In this document: positions 9,484 through 18,596 of the stretch, piece after piece | How positions within the stretch are numbered: position 1 is the first letter of the stretch | Layout: each line of letters begins with the position of its first letter | Assembly: GCA_044440125.1 (NCBI GenBank) | Contig: JBITAJ010000015.1 | Coordinates: 160,001 to 224,000 of the forward strand | DNA from: Sedimentisphaeraceae bacterium JB056 | Lineage (GTDB): Bacteria > Planctomycetota > Phycisphaerae > Sedimentisphaerales > Sedimentisphaeraceae | DNA: 64,000 bases | Direction of reading: 5' to 3' | The notes under the pieces: model-generated | Database searches by the model: none | Told to the model about the DNA's origin: nothing | What the model saw: only the letters and a program-made list of their open reading frames with translations | Program-made: the position numbers and the translations under genes

Positions 9484-9543
9484 ACAATACGTAGCAAAGC
9501 AACAATAAGTGCGATAAAATTTGTTATTTGTGTAAAATAATTT

Positions 9544-10245
9544 CTATTTACGTTTGCGGATGCACATGAAACCTAAACCGAGAAGTGCTATAGTTGCAGG
9601 TTCTGGAGAAGGTACTAAAAGACTGTTGTCAATGGTTCCGCTTTGAGCTGGATTGGTAGGGTCAATGTCTGATGACGTAAAACTTATGTTCCATGCAGAG
9701 TTTAGATCCCCTTTTGCATGTCCACAGTTTGCATAAAAATCACCCCATTCGGGAGCGTAATCACTGTCAAAATCTACAATAAACGTTGTTGCTGATGAAG
9801 GCTGAATTGTGAATCTTATGCCATAAATATCTTCTGGTAAATTAGTTAGACGTGCAGGATCGTCGCTTACAGTGAATGTGTCAATCGAATAGCTTGTGTT
9901 TTGTGTGTATGAACCGTAAACTACATTGCTTATGCTGCCGGAGTTAAATGAGGTTGATGTTTCGATTAGAACATCGTGGATATTCGGACTACCGGTAGTA
10001 TAGGTATATTTGTAGTGCCAGCTTCCATTGCCGTTTTGACTCACTATCCAGCTTATTGTTAAGGGGTTGTCTGTCCATGCTCCAGTTGCGTTTAAGGCCA
10101 CGTTATAAGATAGACTGCCTGTATACGATAAGCCATTTGTTTGTAAGGGTGCATCATTTCCTGATGGTGATATCATTTCGTAACCGGCATAACCAACGCT
10201 TACAATGCCAATAACTACTGCGATGAAAAGGCTTCCTGATTTCAT
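9544..10245 (-). CDS. PEP-CTERM sorting domain surface protein
   Basis: Signal peptide; Ser/Thr/Asn-rich body; C-terminal PEPATIALLGLGFMCIRKRK. Confidence 0.92.
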   Translation of the reverse strand: MKSGSLFIAVVIGIVSVGYAGYEMISPSGNDAPLQTNGLSYTGSLSYNVALNATGAWTDNPLTISWIVSQNGNGSWHYKYTYTTGSPNIHDVLIETSTSFNSGSISNVVYGSYTQNTSYSIDTFTVSDDPARLTNLPEDIYGIRFTIQPSSATTFIVDFDSDYAPEWGDFYANCGHAKGDLNSAWNISFTSSDIDPTNPAQSGTIDNSLLVPSPEPATIALLGLGFMCIRKRK

Positions 10246-10298
10246 TCTACAACCTCACTTAAATAGTTTTGAAGAATATCTATACCAACACGGCATCA

Positions 10299-10327
10299 AT
10301 TATACCGCATCAGGTTATGCTTTTCAA
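10299..10327 (-). promoter_or_regulatory. sigma70-type promoter of the PEP-CTERM gene
   Basis: TTGAAA-17 bp-TATAAT on the minus strand. Confidence 0.65.
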
Positions 10328-10335
10328 TTTTTAAA

Positions 10336-11079
10336 TTAACTATTATTTATGGCTTGGTTTCTTGCGAGTGCCAAAACGGAGGAAATTGCTACTGCAGCGG
10401 TTTCTATGCGAAGAACTGTTTCTGTAAGACGTACTTTATTGGCATTTTGTTCAGAGAGCCATCTTTCTTCGTCTTCTGTAAAACCACCCTCAGGACCTAT
10501 AAATACGATTTTGTCTTTGGGTGATTTTAAGATATCTGTCTTCAGCAGAGAAATTGACCCCTCTGAGAGACTTGATATTATAAGTTCATTTTCGGGATAT
10601 ACTTTTTTGAGCATCTCAAGATGAAGAGTGAAATTTGCGGGTTTTTCGATTATTGGTAAATGCAGTCTTTTACATTGTTTGGCAGATGATACGGCTATTT
10701 TTTGATATCTTTCAACTATATTCTTGCCGCTGCCTTGTTTTACTGTTCTGTGGTACATTGCAGGACAAATATGGTCTATTCCAAGCTCTGTTGCCTTGGC
10801 AATCATCCAGTCAAACCTTTGGTCTTTTGCAACGCTTACGACAAGGATTATTCTGCCTGATTTACGTTTTTCTACAGCAGATATGCTTTGCGTTGTCAAT
10901 AAAATTTCCCGTTTGCCGGCTTTGGTTATCTCTGCGACAGCAAGTTTCCCATTACCATCGAACAGCTCTACTTTATCTCCGGCCTTCATTCGCATTACAT
11001 TGCTTATATGGTGCGCCTCGCTGCCTTCTATTCGGCAATCATCAGCAATTTCCCTGCAAAAAAACCTTGTTAACGACAT
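10336..11079 (-). CDS. rsmE: 16S rRNA m3U1498 methyltransferase
   Basis: HHISNVMR, KATELG, KQCKR, IGPEGGF and LRIETAA motifs. Confidence 0.96.
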   Translation of the reverse strand: MSLTRFFCREIADDCRIEGSEAHHISNVMRMKAGDKVELFDGNGKLAVAEITKAGKREILLTTQSISAVEKRKSGRIILVVSVAKDQRFDWMIAKATELGIDHICPAMYHRTVKQGSGKNIVERYQKIAVSSAKQCKRLHLPIIEKPANFTLHLEMLKKVYPENELIISSLSEGSISLLKTDILKSPKDKIVFIGPEGGFTEDEERWLSEQNANKVRLTETVLRIETAAVAISSVLALARNQAINNS

Positions 11080-11095
11080 ATTTGACCTGTTTAAT

Positions 11096-12070
11096 TTAGA
11101 AGCTTAATATTGACAATGCGCTGTGGATTCTCACTCCTGCGTCATCATCATACAGAAATGGCGGCAGGTATTCAGCCAGTTTGAGATCTCTGCTGAAACG
11201 TACAGCATCAAGGGCGTGTATAAGGGCTCTTGATCTATCTTGGCCGGTGAGCGTATTTATGTCTTCTTCGAAGAATTTCTGGATGATATCTATACCGCTA
11301 TCATCGTTTAGAGCTTCAAGTCTGCCGGCTGCAATCAGACGAACTTCTATAACATCGTCATCAAGCATCGTCTTGATAGCGTTCATTGAATCATATGTAG
11401 CAAGTCTGTACATAGTAATTATGCCCATTGCTCTGTCATCGGCTCGCTTACTTATCATCAATGCCCAGGCTTTTGAGTCTACATCCTTGTATCCCAACAT
11501 ACCAAGTGATTCAATAGCCTGAATCTGTGTTTTGTCGTCAGATATTTTAGTCTGGAGGGCCCACCTCAACAATCCTGTATATTTTTTTGACCCGAGTTTA
11601 CCCATTATAAGAGCCGCATTGGCACTTATAGTACTGTCGGTACTTTGTAATGCCGAAACTATTGCTTTATGGTATGTCAGATCATTGTCACCAAGCTTTA
11701 TCAATGCGTATGCTGCTCCGATCTTTTCGTTCATGTTCTTGCTTTGAAAAAGAATATCGACTTTGCCCGCGGCTTTGTCGTAGTGAAGGTCGCCAACTGC
11801 AAGCGATGCTGCAAAACGGACACTGTCCACAGGGTCAACGAGGCTTTTCTCGATTAGTGGGTATAGCTGCTTGCATCTACACAACACTATAGATTCGATA
11901 GCGTCCATGCGTATTAGCGGGTTAGGGTTAGCCATAGAACTCTCAAGTACCTCAACAGCACGCTCTTTTGGAGAAGTAAGCTTATGATTGGTGGCGGCTT
12001 TTCTACTGTCCATTGCAAAACAGCAGACGCAGCTAAGAAGAAGCAAAATAGTAACTTTTTTGTTTTTCAA
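11096..12070 (-). CDS. Exported HEAT-repeat protein
   Basis: Signal peptide; repeated L.D....VR..AA..LG units; TTG start with GGGGA RBS. Confidence 0.75.
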   Translation of the reverse strand: MKNKKVTILLLLSCVCCFAMDSRKAATNHKLTSPKERAVEVLESSMANPNPLIRMDAIESIVLCRCKQLYPLIEKSLVDPVDSVRFAASLAVGDLHYDKAAGKVDILFQSKNMNEKIGAAYALIKLGDNDLTYHKAIVSALQSTDSTISANAALIMGKLGSKKYTGLLRWALQTKISDDKTQIQAIESLGMLGYKDVDSKAWALMISKRADDRAMGIITMYRLATYDSMNAIKTMLDDDVIEVRLIAAGRLEALNDDSGIDIIQKFFEEDINTLTGQDRSRALIHALDAVRFSRDLKLAEYLPPFLYDDDAGVRIHSALSILSF

Positions 12071-12085
12071 TTTTGTATCCCCTAT

Positions 12086-13372
12086 TTATTTCAGAAGTAA
12101 TTTGATTTCATTAACGGATCTTGCGGTAGCACCTTGGTTTTGCTTAATTACCTTTTGACCGTTTTCTGATATAGCTTTTTTGTATTCAGGCTCATTAAGT
12201 GCCTTGCTTAACATTTCTTTGAGTTCTTTGCTGTCACGAACTTCAACAGCTCCTTTACCTGCAAGCAAAACTTCAACGGTTTGATTGAAGTTGAATGTAT
12301 GAGGGCCGAATGTTGTGAATTTTCCCATTGCTGTCGATTCCATCATATCGGAACCACCCATAGCACACAAAGATCTGCCCACAAAGACGACTTCTGAGAG
12401 ACTGTAGAATTTTCTAAGATCACCCATCGTGTCTCCCAGTATTACTGTTTCAGGCGGTATTTCAGTTACTGCCTTGCTGTTTTTGAGTTTGCTGTATCTT
12501 ACCAGAGCTAAACTTTCTCTTTCTATCATAGCGGCAACTTCATTGAATCGCTCCGGCTTTCTTGGAACTATAGCGAGCCTGAGATCATTATAATCAGCTT
12601 TAAGATTTTTGAATACTTCAAGAATTATTGCTTCTTCACCAGGGCCGGTTCCACCGGCTACAAAGAGCCGCTGGGTATTGTCTATTCCAAGTTTTTCTGC
12701 GAGTTCTTTGCTGCCTTCTATGTTATCTGTTATCTCCGCTGTATCATATTTGACTGAGCCTGTAACGATTACCTTCTCAGCATCTACACCAAGAGCAATG
12801 AATCTGTTTTTGTATTGCTCTGTTTGGACAAGAAATTTGCTTACCTTTGTAAACATCCATTTTGTGACTGCTTTTAATTTTTTGTATCGCGGGAAGCTTT
12901 TGTCGCTGAGTCTTCCATTGAATACTATCAACGGAACCTTGCGGTTTTGAGCCTCTTGCGCAAAATTCGGCCATACCTCAAGTTCTACCAGTATACAGAG
13001 ATCGGGTTCTATCCTTTTGAAAGCACGACTAACTGCCCACGAAAAATCAAGAGGATAGTAGAATACACTCATGTCTTTGCCATACAAAGTTTTGGCACGA
13101 GCATACCCTGTATCGGTCGTAGTACTCATGATAATCTCGGCGTCAGGCAGTTGTTTATTAAGTTCGGATATAAGTGTTTTGGTCGCATTAACCTCTCCAA
13201 CGCTGACAGAATGTATCCATATACAGCGTTTCTTATTGCCGTGTTTGGATACATATCCAAGTCGTTCTCGGCCACCTTCTTTATAACGATTTTGAAAAAA
13301 ACGACGATAAAGAACTTTAGGAAGGTATATTAAAAACGCAAAAAAGTATATTATATCAAGTAGGTATTTCAT
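12086..13372 (-). CDS. waaA: 3-deoxy-D-manno-octulosonic acid (Kdo) transferase
   Basis: IWIHSVSVGE, TTTDTG, PLDF, ELEVWPN, NGRLS, GSVKYD, VPRKPERF and DTMGDL motifs. Confidence 0.95.
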   Translation of the reverse strand: MKYLLDIIYFFAFLIYLPKVLYRRFFQNRYKEGGRERLGYVSKHGNKKRCIWIHSVSVGEVNATKTLISELNKQLPDAEIIMSTTTDTGYARAKTLYGKDMSVFYYPLDFSWAVSRAFKRIEPDLCILVELEVWPNFAQEAQNRKVPLIVFNGRLSDKSFPRYKKLKAVTKWMFTKVSKFLVQTEQYKNRFIALGVDAEKVIVTGSVKYDTAEITDNIEGSKELAEKLGIDNTQRLFVAGGTGPGEEAIILEVFKNLKADYNDLRLAIVPRKPERFNEVAAMIERESLALVRYSKLKNSKAVTEIPPETVILGDTMGDLRKFYSLSEVVFVGRSLCAMGGSDMMESTAMGKFTTFGPHTFNFNQTVEVLLAGKGAVEVRDSKELKEMLSKALNEPEYKKAISENGQKVIKQNQGATARSVNEIKLLLK

Positions 13373-13374
13373 TG

Positions 13375-15273
13375 CTAATTATTCGTTGCCGGTTGTTCTT
13401 GCCTTGGAAGACCGTTAAGTATTCCTGTTGCTTTGGTTTTGAAAACACTTTCCGGATAGGTTTCGGTTATTTTCTTAAGTATATTTCTTGCTTCATTGAG
13501 GTATTCATCACGTTTGGGGGAATCTTCAGATGTTTCACGCCAGAGCTCAACATTTGCGAGTCCAAGTTCATAGTATGCGTGCACTAAACTATCATCCTTC
13601 TTATTGCTTTCAATGAATTTTTTAAGTAAGAGTGACCTCTCCGAAGGATTTGTGTTTTCCAGTATTAGTTCCAACTCAATATTGTAACGCAGCGGATCGG
13701 TTTTAGGTGATTTGGACAGTAGGATATCAAGTCTCTCTTTGTATTCTGAGCTGTGTTTATTGAGTCGCATATACTCTGCAAGTCTGAGTTTATAAACACG
13801 GTTTTCGGGAATATTGTTATTCTCGATGAATTCAATGAGATGCTTGATTTTCAAGATTATTTCATCAAGTTTCCTTGAACTTACAGTTGTTTCCTGAGGT
13901 GTTGTGAAAATCGCAGTTTCCGCTGTTGTTTCAGTTGGCAAAGTATCATGCAGCCGCTGTCCTATCTTAATTGCTTCACGGCATATGCTTAGCGCTGTCT
14001 GAAAATCTCCCTTTCGGCAAAGGTTAACTGCTATTCGCCAACGAGCCTCAAGTGATTCAGGACTTTGAGGATAATCCCGATATAATCTAACCCAATCCGG
14101 GAAGACCTCAGGTCTTGGATAATCATGGTAGTATTCCAGAATCTCTTTCCTACGCAGAGATTTCGGGTCTGGAAGATATTCACGAAGCAGGGCCTTGTAG
14201 TAAAGAGCAGTCGACATTCGTTTGCTGTTTGGGTGATGATGTATAAAGTAGTCAAGCTGCTCGATTCGCTTATTTCGTTTATTTTTGAAATCATAGAACT
14301 TGCTGTCAGCCTGTTCCATGAACCATAAGGGCCATACGTTGATATTTACCATTGCCTCAAGCTCTTCAAGTAAACTTGCTCTTACGGCGTCTTTCTGCTC
14401 TACCATCCCTTCGTGAACAGATGAGAGCATCATGAATATATCTTTATCCAGCAACGGTTCTGATACAGCTTTGTCAATTATTGCCGAGACTGACCGGCTA
14501 TGAAATTCTTCGCTTTCTTCCGGATTGTTGCTTACTACATATATCTGATAATCGGATTCTGCAAAGCTTATGAAGTAGAAAAATGTGAAACCAGCTATCA
14601 GTAAAGTTGTAAGGGCTATTACTGAAGTTGCACCAGGTTTATAGCGGGTGTAATGACCTATTGCGAGCACTAATGCGCATATTGCAAGGCCGGATATCCA
14701 GGCCATCAGCCATGGAGCATATGAGAGTCCCCATTTTACAGGGTCTACATCAACATATCCTCCAAAGATGCCCCAGTAAATTATTAATGGACTGCTGCAT
14801 AATACTATTGATATGAATCGTGAACGGAAACGAAGTGGTCTGCAGGCAACCGCTACGCAGCTAATCGCAAGGAAAAAAGCCATGATTGGCAACTTTGCGA
14901 TGAAAGCTGTCATTAATATAGGCAAGACGCTGTATCTTGAACTTAAAAGCTGGGACAGTAATATCGGAGCGAATCCAAGGATTGCCATAAGCAAACCAAG
15001 TACAAGGATTTGCCATGGGTATTCGAATATGCTTACCGGATTGACTACGAAGTACCCAAGAGACCATATGTCTGCATTGCTTACACTTTGAAGCTGAAGA
15101 GAGTTGAGGTTGCCTGTAGTGATCTTTGACCAGAACAGGCATGCCAGTAAATATACACCTATAGAAGCCCACCACCATCGGTGAACATTGCTGTGGCTGT
15201 AATGCAATACAGGCCCGGCCGTAAGAAAAGATTTACTCGGGCCGTCATTGTTGTTTTTATTTCTGCCGAACAT
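13375..15273 (-). CDS. Membrane protein with an N-terminal multi-pass region and a C-terminal TPR-like helical domain
   Basis: About 7-8 hydrophobic segments in the first ~240 aa; BamD/YbgF-like signatures HPNS...ALYY, YPQSPESLEA and YPESVF. Confidence 0.7.
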   Translation of the reverse strand: MFGRNKNNNDGPSKSFLTAGPVLHYSHSNVHRWWWASIGVYLLACLFWSKITTGNLNSLQLQSVSNADIWSLGYFVVNPVSIFEYPWQILVLGLLMAILGFAPILLSQLLSSRYSVLPILMTAFIAKLPIMAFFLAISCVAVACRPLRFRSRFISIVLCSSPLIIYWGIFGGYVDVDPVKWGLSYAPWLMAWISGLAICALVLAIGHYTRYKPGATSVIALTTLLIAGFTFFYFISFAESDYQIYVVSNNPEESEEFHSRSVSAIIDKAVSEPLLDKDIFMMLSSVHEGMVEQKDAVRASLLEELEAMVNINVWPLWFMEQADSKFYDFKNKRNKRIEQLDYFIHHHPNSKRMSTALYYKALLREYLPDPKSLRRKEILEYYHDYPRPEVFPDWVRLYRDYPQSPESLEARWRIAVNLCRKGDFQTALSICREAIKIGQRLHDTLPTETTAETAIFTTPQETTVSSRKLDEIILKIKHLIEFIENNNIPENRVYKLRLAEYMRLNKHSSEYKERLDILLSKSPKTDPLRYNIELELILENTNPSERSLLLKKFIESNKKDDSLVHAYYELGLANVELWRETSEDSPKRDEYLNEARNILKKITETYPESVFKTKATGILNGLPRQEQPATNN

Positions 15274-15721
15274 TTATATATAGATTAACCACAAAGTGGG
15301 TATTTATTGTCTTGTTTGCCTCTACGTTTTTATATAAACTAAAACACCATATTGTTACCTAACATTCCTTGAAAGTCAATGATTTTATTGTTCGGTATTG
15401 ATTCTTTCACCCGTTTCGATGTTTTTAAGCCCCGGTTCAATGTTGCATGGGATTAAAGTTATACTGTTTATTTTGAAATTACATAAACAATCTTAATAGC
15501 CAAATGGATTAATTACCGCCAATAAGAGTATAGCCCTATAGAATAAGTATTGCGCATATTGGTTAGAATTTAACGTGATTTGGTATTTATATTTGTGCAT
15601 TATCCAATAAAATGGTAAATTAAGTTAAAGTATAAATATCAGTAACGGATAAATTCGATGCGTCTGAAAATAAGGTATGTCAGTTGCATTGTCGTTATCC
15701 CCTTAGTAAAGTGGAGTAGTT

Positions 15722-17392
15722 ATGTCTTATACAATAGGCCTTGATTATGGAACGAACTCTGTTCGCAGTCTAATCGTTGATGTTGCAACTGGTCGTGAGC
15801 TTGCCAGCAGCGTATACGAATACCCAACCGGCAGTGCCGGCATAATTCTTGATCCGGCGGATCATAATGTCGCTCGCCAGAATCCTGCGGATTATATTGA
15901 AGGTGTTGTTTCTACCGTTAAATGTGCTGTTGAGCAGGCGATGAAGGCAGACAGCAAATTCGATGCTTCAAAGATTGTCGGTATAGGAATTGACACCACT
16001 GGTTCAACTCCTTTGCCTATAGATAAAGAAGGCAAGCCTCTGTCTGAAAATCCGGCTTTCAGTGATAATATAAACGCATGTGCGTGGCTTTGGAAAGATC
16101 ATACTTCGTACAGAGAAGCAGCCGAAATAACAGAGCTTGCTTCAGAAATCAGACCGCAATATCTTGCCAAATGCGGCGGCACATACTCTTCTGAGTGGTT
16201 TTTCAGCAAAATTCTCCATTGTCTGAGAATTGACAGTGAAGTATTTGATGCCGCTTATACATGGGTGGAGCATGCTGATTATATGACTGCACTGCTTACG
16301 GGCAATACTGCTCCTGAAAAAATCAAGAGATGTCGTTGTGCAGCAGGCCACAAGGCGATGTTTAATGATCAATGGGGCGGGTATCCTGATGCTGAATTCT
16401 TAGGCAAGCTTGATCCAAAGATGGCTAAGCTCAGAGAGACACTAAGCGATCAAACCTACGCAATAGATACTGCTGCGGGCAATCTTACCTCTGATTGGGC
16501 CCAAAAGCTTGGTCTTAAAGAGGGTATTGCAGTTGCGATGGGTGCTTTTGATGCGCATCTTGGGGCAGTCGGTTCCGGGATAAAAGAGGGCACTCTTGTA
16601 AAGATAATGGGCACAAGCACTTGTGATATGGCTGTTTGTCCTAATACTGAAAAAATAGCCGATATTCCGGGTATTTGCGGTATTGTAGACGGTTCGGTGC
16701 TGCCGGGTTGTTTTGGCTTTGAAGCGGGGCAGTCGGCAGTTGGTGATATCTTTAACTGGTACGTAAATTATATACAGCCTTGCGGCAGCGAAGGCACACA
16801 TGTCAATCTGACTGAAAAGGCAGCGAAACTCAAACCGGGACAGTCTGGTTTGCTTGCACTTGATTGGAACAATGGTAACCGTACGGTACTTGTCGATCAG
16901 AGACTTACAGGTCTTCTTGTCGGGCAGACACTTCACACAAAACCGGAAGAAATATACAGGGCTTTAGTTGAAGCTACAGCTTTTGGTGCCTTGACAATCA
17001 TAAATCGTATGGCTGAATACGGAGTTAAGATTGATACCGTGATAAACTGTGGCGGTATTGCAGAGAAAAATTCAATGGTAATGCAGATTTATGCTGATAT
17101 TACCGGCAGAGAAATGAAAATATCAAGAAGTGCCCAGACTTGTGCTCTTGGCTCAGCAATAGCGGCGGCTGTAGTTGCCGGTGAATACAAGGATTTCGGT
17201 TCTGCTCAGGCAGCGATGGCTGGCGTTAAAGACATTGTTTATAAGCCGATACCAGAGAACGTTGCAGTATACGCCAAACTTTACAAGCTATATAAACAGC
17301 TCCATGATGCTTTTGGCATAACAGAGAGCACTGCAAATATTGGCAACGTAATGAAGGATCTGCTGGCTATAAAAGAAGAAGCAAACGGTTGA
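15722..17392 (+). CDS. araB: L-ribulokinase (FGGY family)
   Basis: IGLDYGTNSVR, IGIDTTGSTP, WKDHT, YSSEWF, CAAGHKAM, DAHLGAVG, EAGQSAVGD and DWNNGNR motifs. Confidence 0.92.
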   Translation: MSYTIGLDYGTNSVRSLIVDVATGRELASSVYEYPTGSAGIILDPADHNVARQNPADYIEGVVSTVKCAVEQAMKADSKFDASKIVGIGIDTTGSTPLPIDKEGKPLSENPAFSDNINACAWLWKDHTSYREAAEITELASEIRPQYLAKCGGTYSSEWFFSKILHCLRIDSEVFDAAYTWVEHADYMTALLTGNTAPEKIKRCRCAAGHKAMFNDQWGGYPDAEFLGKLDPKMAKLRETLSDQTYAIDTAAGNLTSDWAQKLGLKEGIAVAMGAFDAHLGAVGSGIKEGTLVKIMGTSTCDMAVCPNTEKIADIPGICGIVDGSVLPGCFGFEAGQSAVGDIFNWYVNYIQPCGSEGTHVNLTEKAAKLKPGQSGLLALDWNNGNRTVLVDQRLTGLLVGQTLHTKPEEIYRALVEATAFGALTIINRMAEYGVKIDTVINCGGIAEKNSMVMQIYADITGREMKISRSAQTCALGSAIAAAVVAGEYKDFGSAQAAMAGVKDIVYKPIPENVAVYAKLYKLYKQLHDAFGITESTANIGNVMKDLLAIKEEANG

Positions 17393-17419
17393 TAATAGCT
17401 GAACCGATAAGAATAAAAG

Positions 17420-17459
17420 AAAGAGGTGATATCATTTTCAACTGGTATCACCTCTTTTT
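17420..17459. terminator. Bidirectional intrinsic terminator
   Basis: AAAGAGGTGATATCA / TGGTATCACCTCTTT stem with A and T tails, between convergent genes. Confidence 0.85.
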
Positions 17460-17464
17460 GTATG

Positions 17465-18415
17465 TTACTTTTTGCCTAATATTGCCTTTGCTATTCGCCT
17501 TGTGTAGTCTTTTGCGTATGCCTGAGCTGCGCAGAAGGCTTTATACTTTCTTTTGAATGTATAAGGTATCTCAGGCGGAGTCTGGTATCCCTCTTTTATA
17601 GCCTGTTCAACAACGTAAAGTGTTGGCTCGTAGTATCTTAATGAGTATCTGTCCCATTGCTGCCACGGTTTAGGCTTAAATGTGTAGTGGGCAAAGAAGG
17701 CGTCAGGATCTTTATCGAGCAGAAATTCGACCGGTCTTGGAGCTCCTTCTGCAAAGCAAAGTACTGAGTTCAGTACTGATTCATCTGTTTGGAAATAGGC
17801 GAAATTGCTTTGATCAACAACGCCTTCATCTTTGTTTGGGATGACTTTGAGCATTTGCTCACGCCATTTCTTGATGATGAATTTCTTGTCCCGGTGGAAC
17901 GTCATAGCTGCGGCAGATGATACTGTTTCAATAGCCGGAGTATTATTTTCGCCTACGTTTTGCTGCCATATATCCAGTACTTTTTTAGGAATTGATCCGT
18001 AAGCGTCGCTTTCTTCGTACCTTGAGGAATATACCATCGCATTTTCAGCCTTATCCCTTATCCTGATACGTATCTCTTCGGGCTCAGCTTTCATGTAGTC
18101 ACTGACATTCCCTGTGAAAACGGCATCGCAGTCTGCCCAGGTGATGTTTTCAGTGTCAGCAAGAAGCATTGCTTCCGGTTTCTGGCATGTCATGCTGCGA
18201 GAATTACCTTCTTCCATGTGGTGTACTTCAGTATTATCGAACTGTTTGAGTAATTCAACATCGTGATCAGTAAGGCCGCCGCCTAAAATAAGGGCCTTGT
18301 CATCCATTTTATGCACACGCATTGACGCTACAAGCAGCCATGCGCCCCAGATATAATTATGGTCGCAGGCTGAAACAACTGTGTTATTATTCATAAAAGA
18401 CTTTCTCTCTGACAC
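17465..18415 (-). CDS. Putative GT-A glycosyltransferase (GT8-like)
   Basis: SACDHNY...LLVASM start, DCD (DxD) motif, DESVLN resembling GT8 DQDxLN; GTG start with GGAG RBS. Confidence 0.55.
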   Translation of the reverse strand: MSERKSFMNNNTVVSACDHNYIWGAWLLVASMRVHKMDDKALILGGGLTDHDVELLKQFDNTEVHHMEEGNSRSMTCQKPEAMLLADTENITWADCDAVFTGNVSDYMKAEPEEIRIRIRDKAENAMVYSSRYEESDAYGSIPKKVLDIWQQNVGENNTPAIETVSSAAAMTFHRDKKFIIKKWREQMLKVIPNKDEGVVDQSNFAYFQTDESVLNSVLCFAEGAPRPVEFLLDKDPDAFFAHYTFKPKPWQQWDRYSLRYYEPTLYVVEQAIKEGYQTPPEIPYTFKRKYKAFCAAQAYAKDYTRRIAKAILGKK

Positions 18416-18596
18416 TAAAATACTCCAAAAAGAGCCTTGATAAGGCCTTATTGCAGTTCATTATGAGCAAAATTTACGTTTAAGTCAATATATTTATCAC
18501 TTTTTTGTTGACGAAATACCCCTTAACGAAGATACTGTATAGCCTTGAAGAATAACCAGTAATTATCAATAATATTATATGACTTACTAAGGAGAT

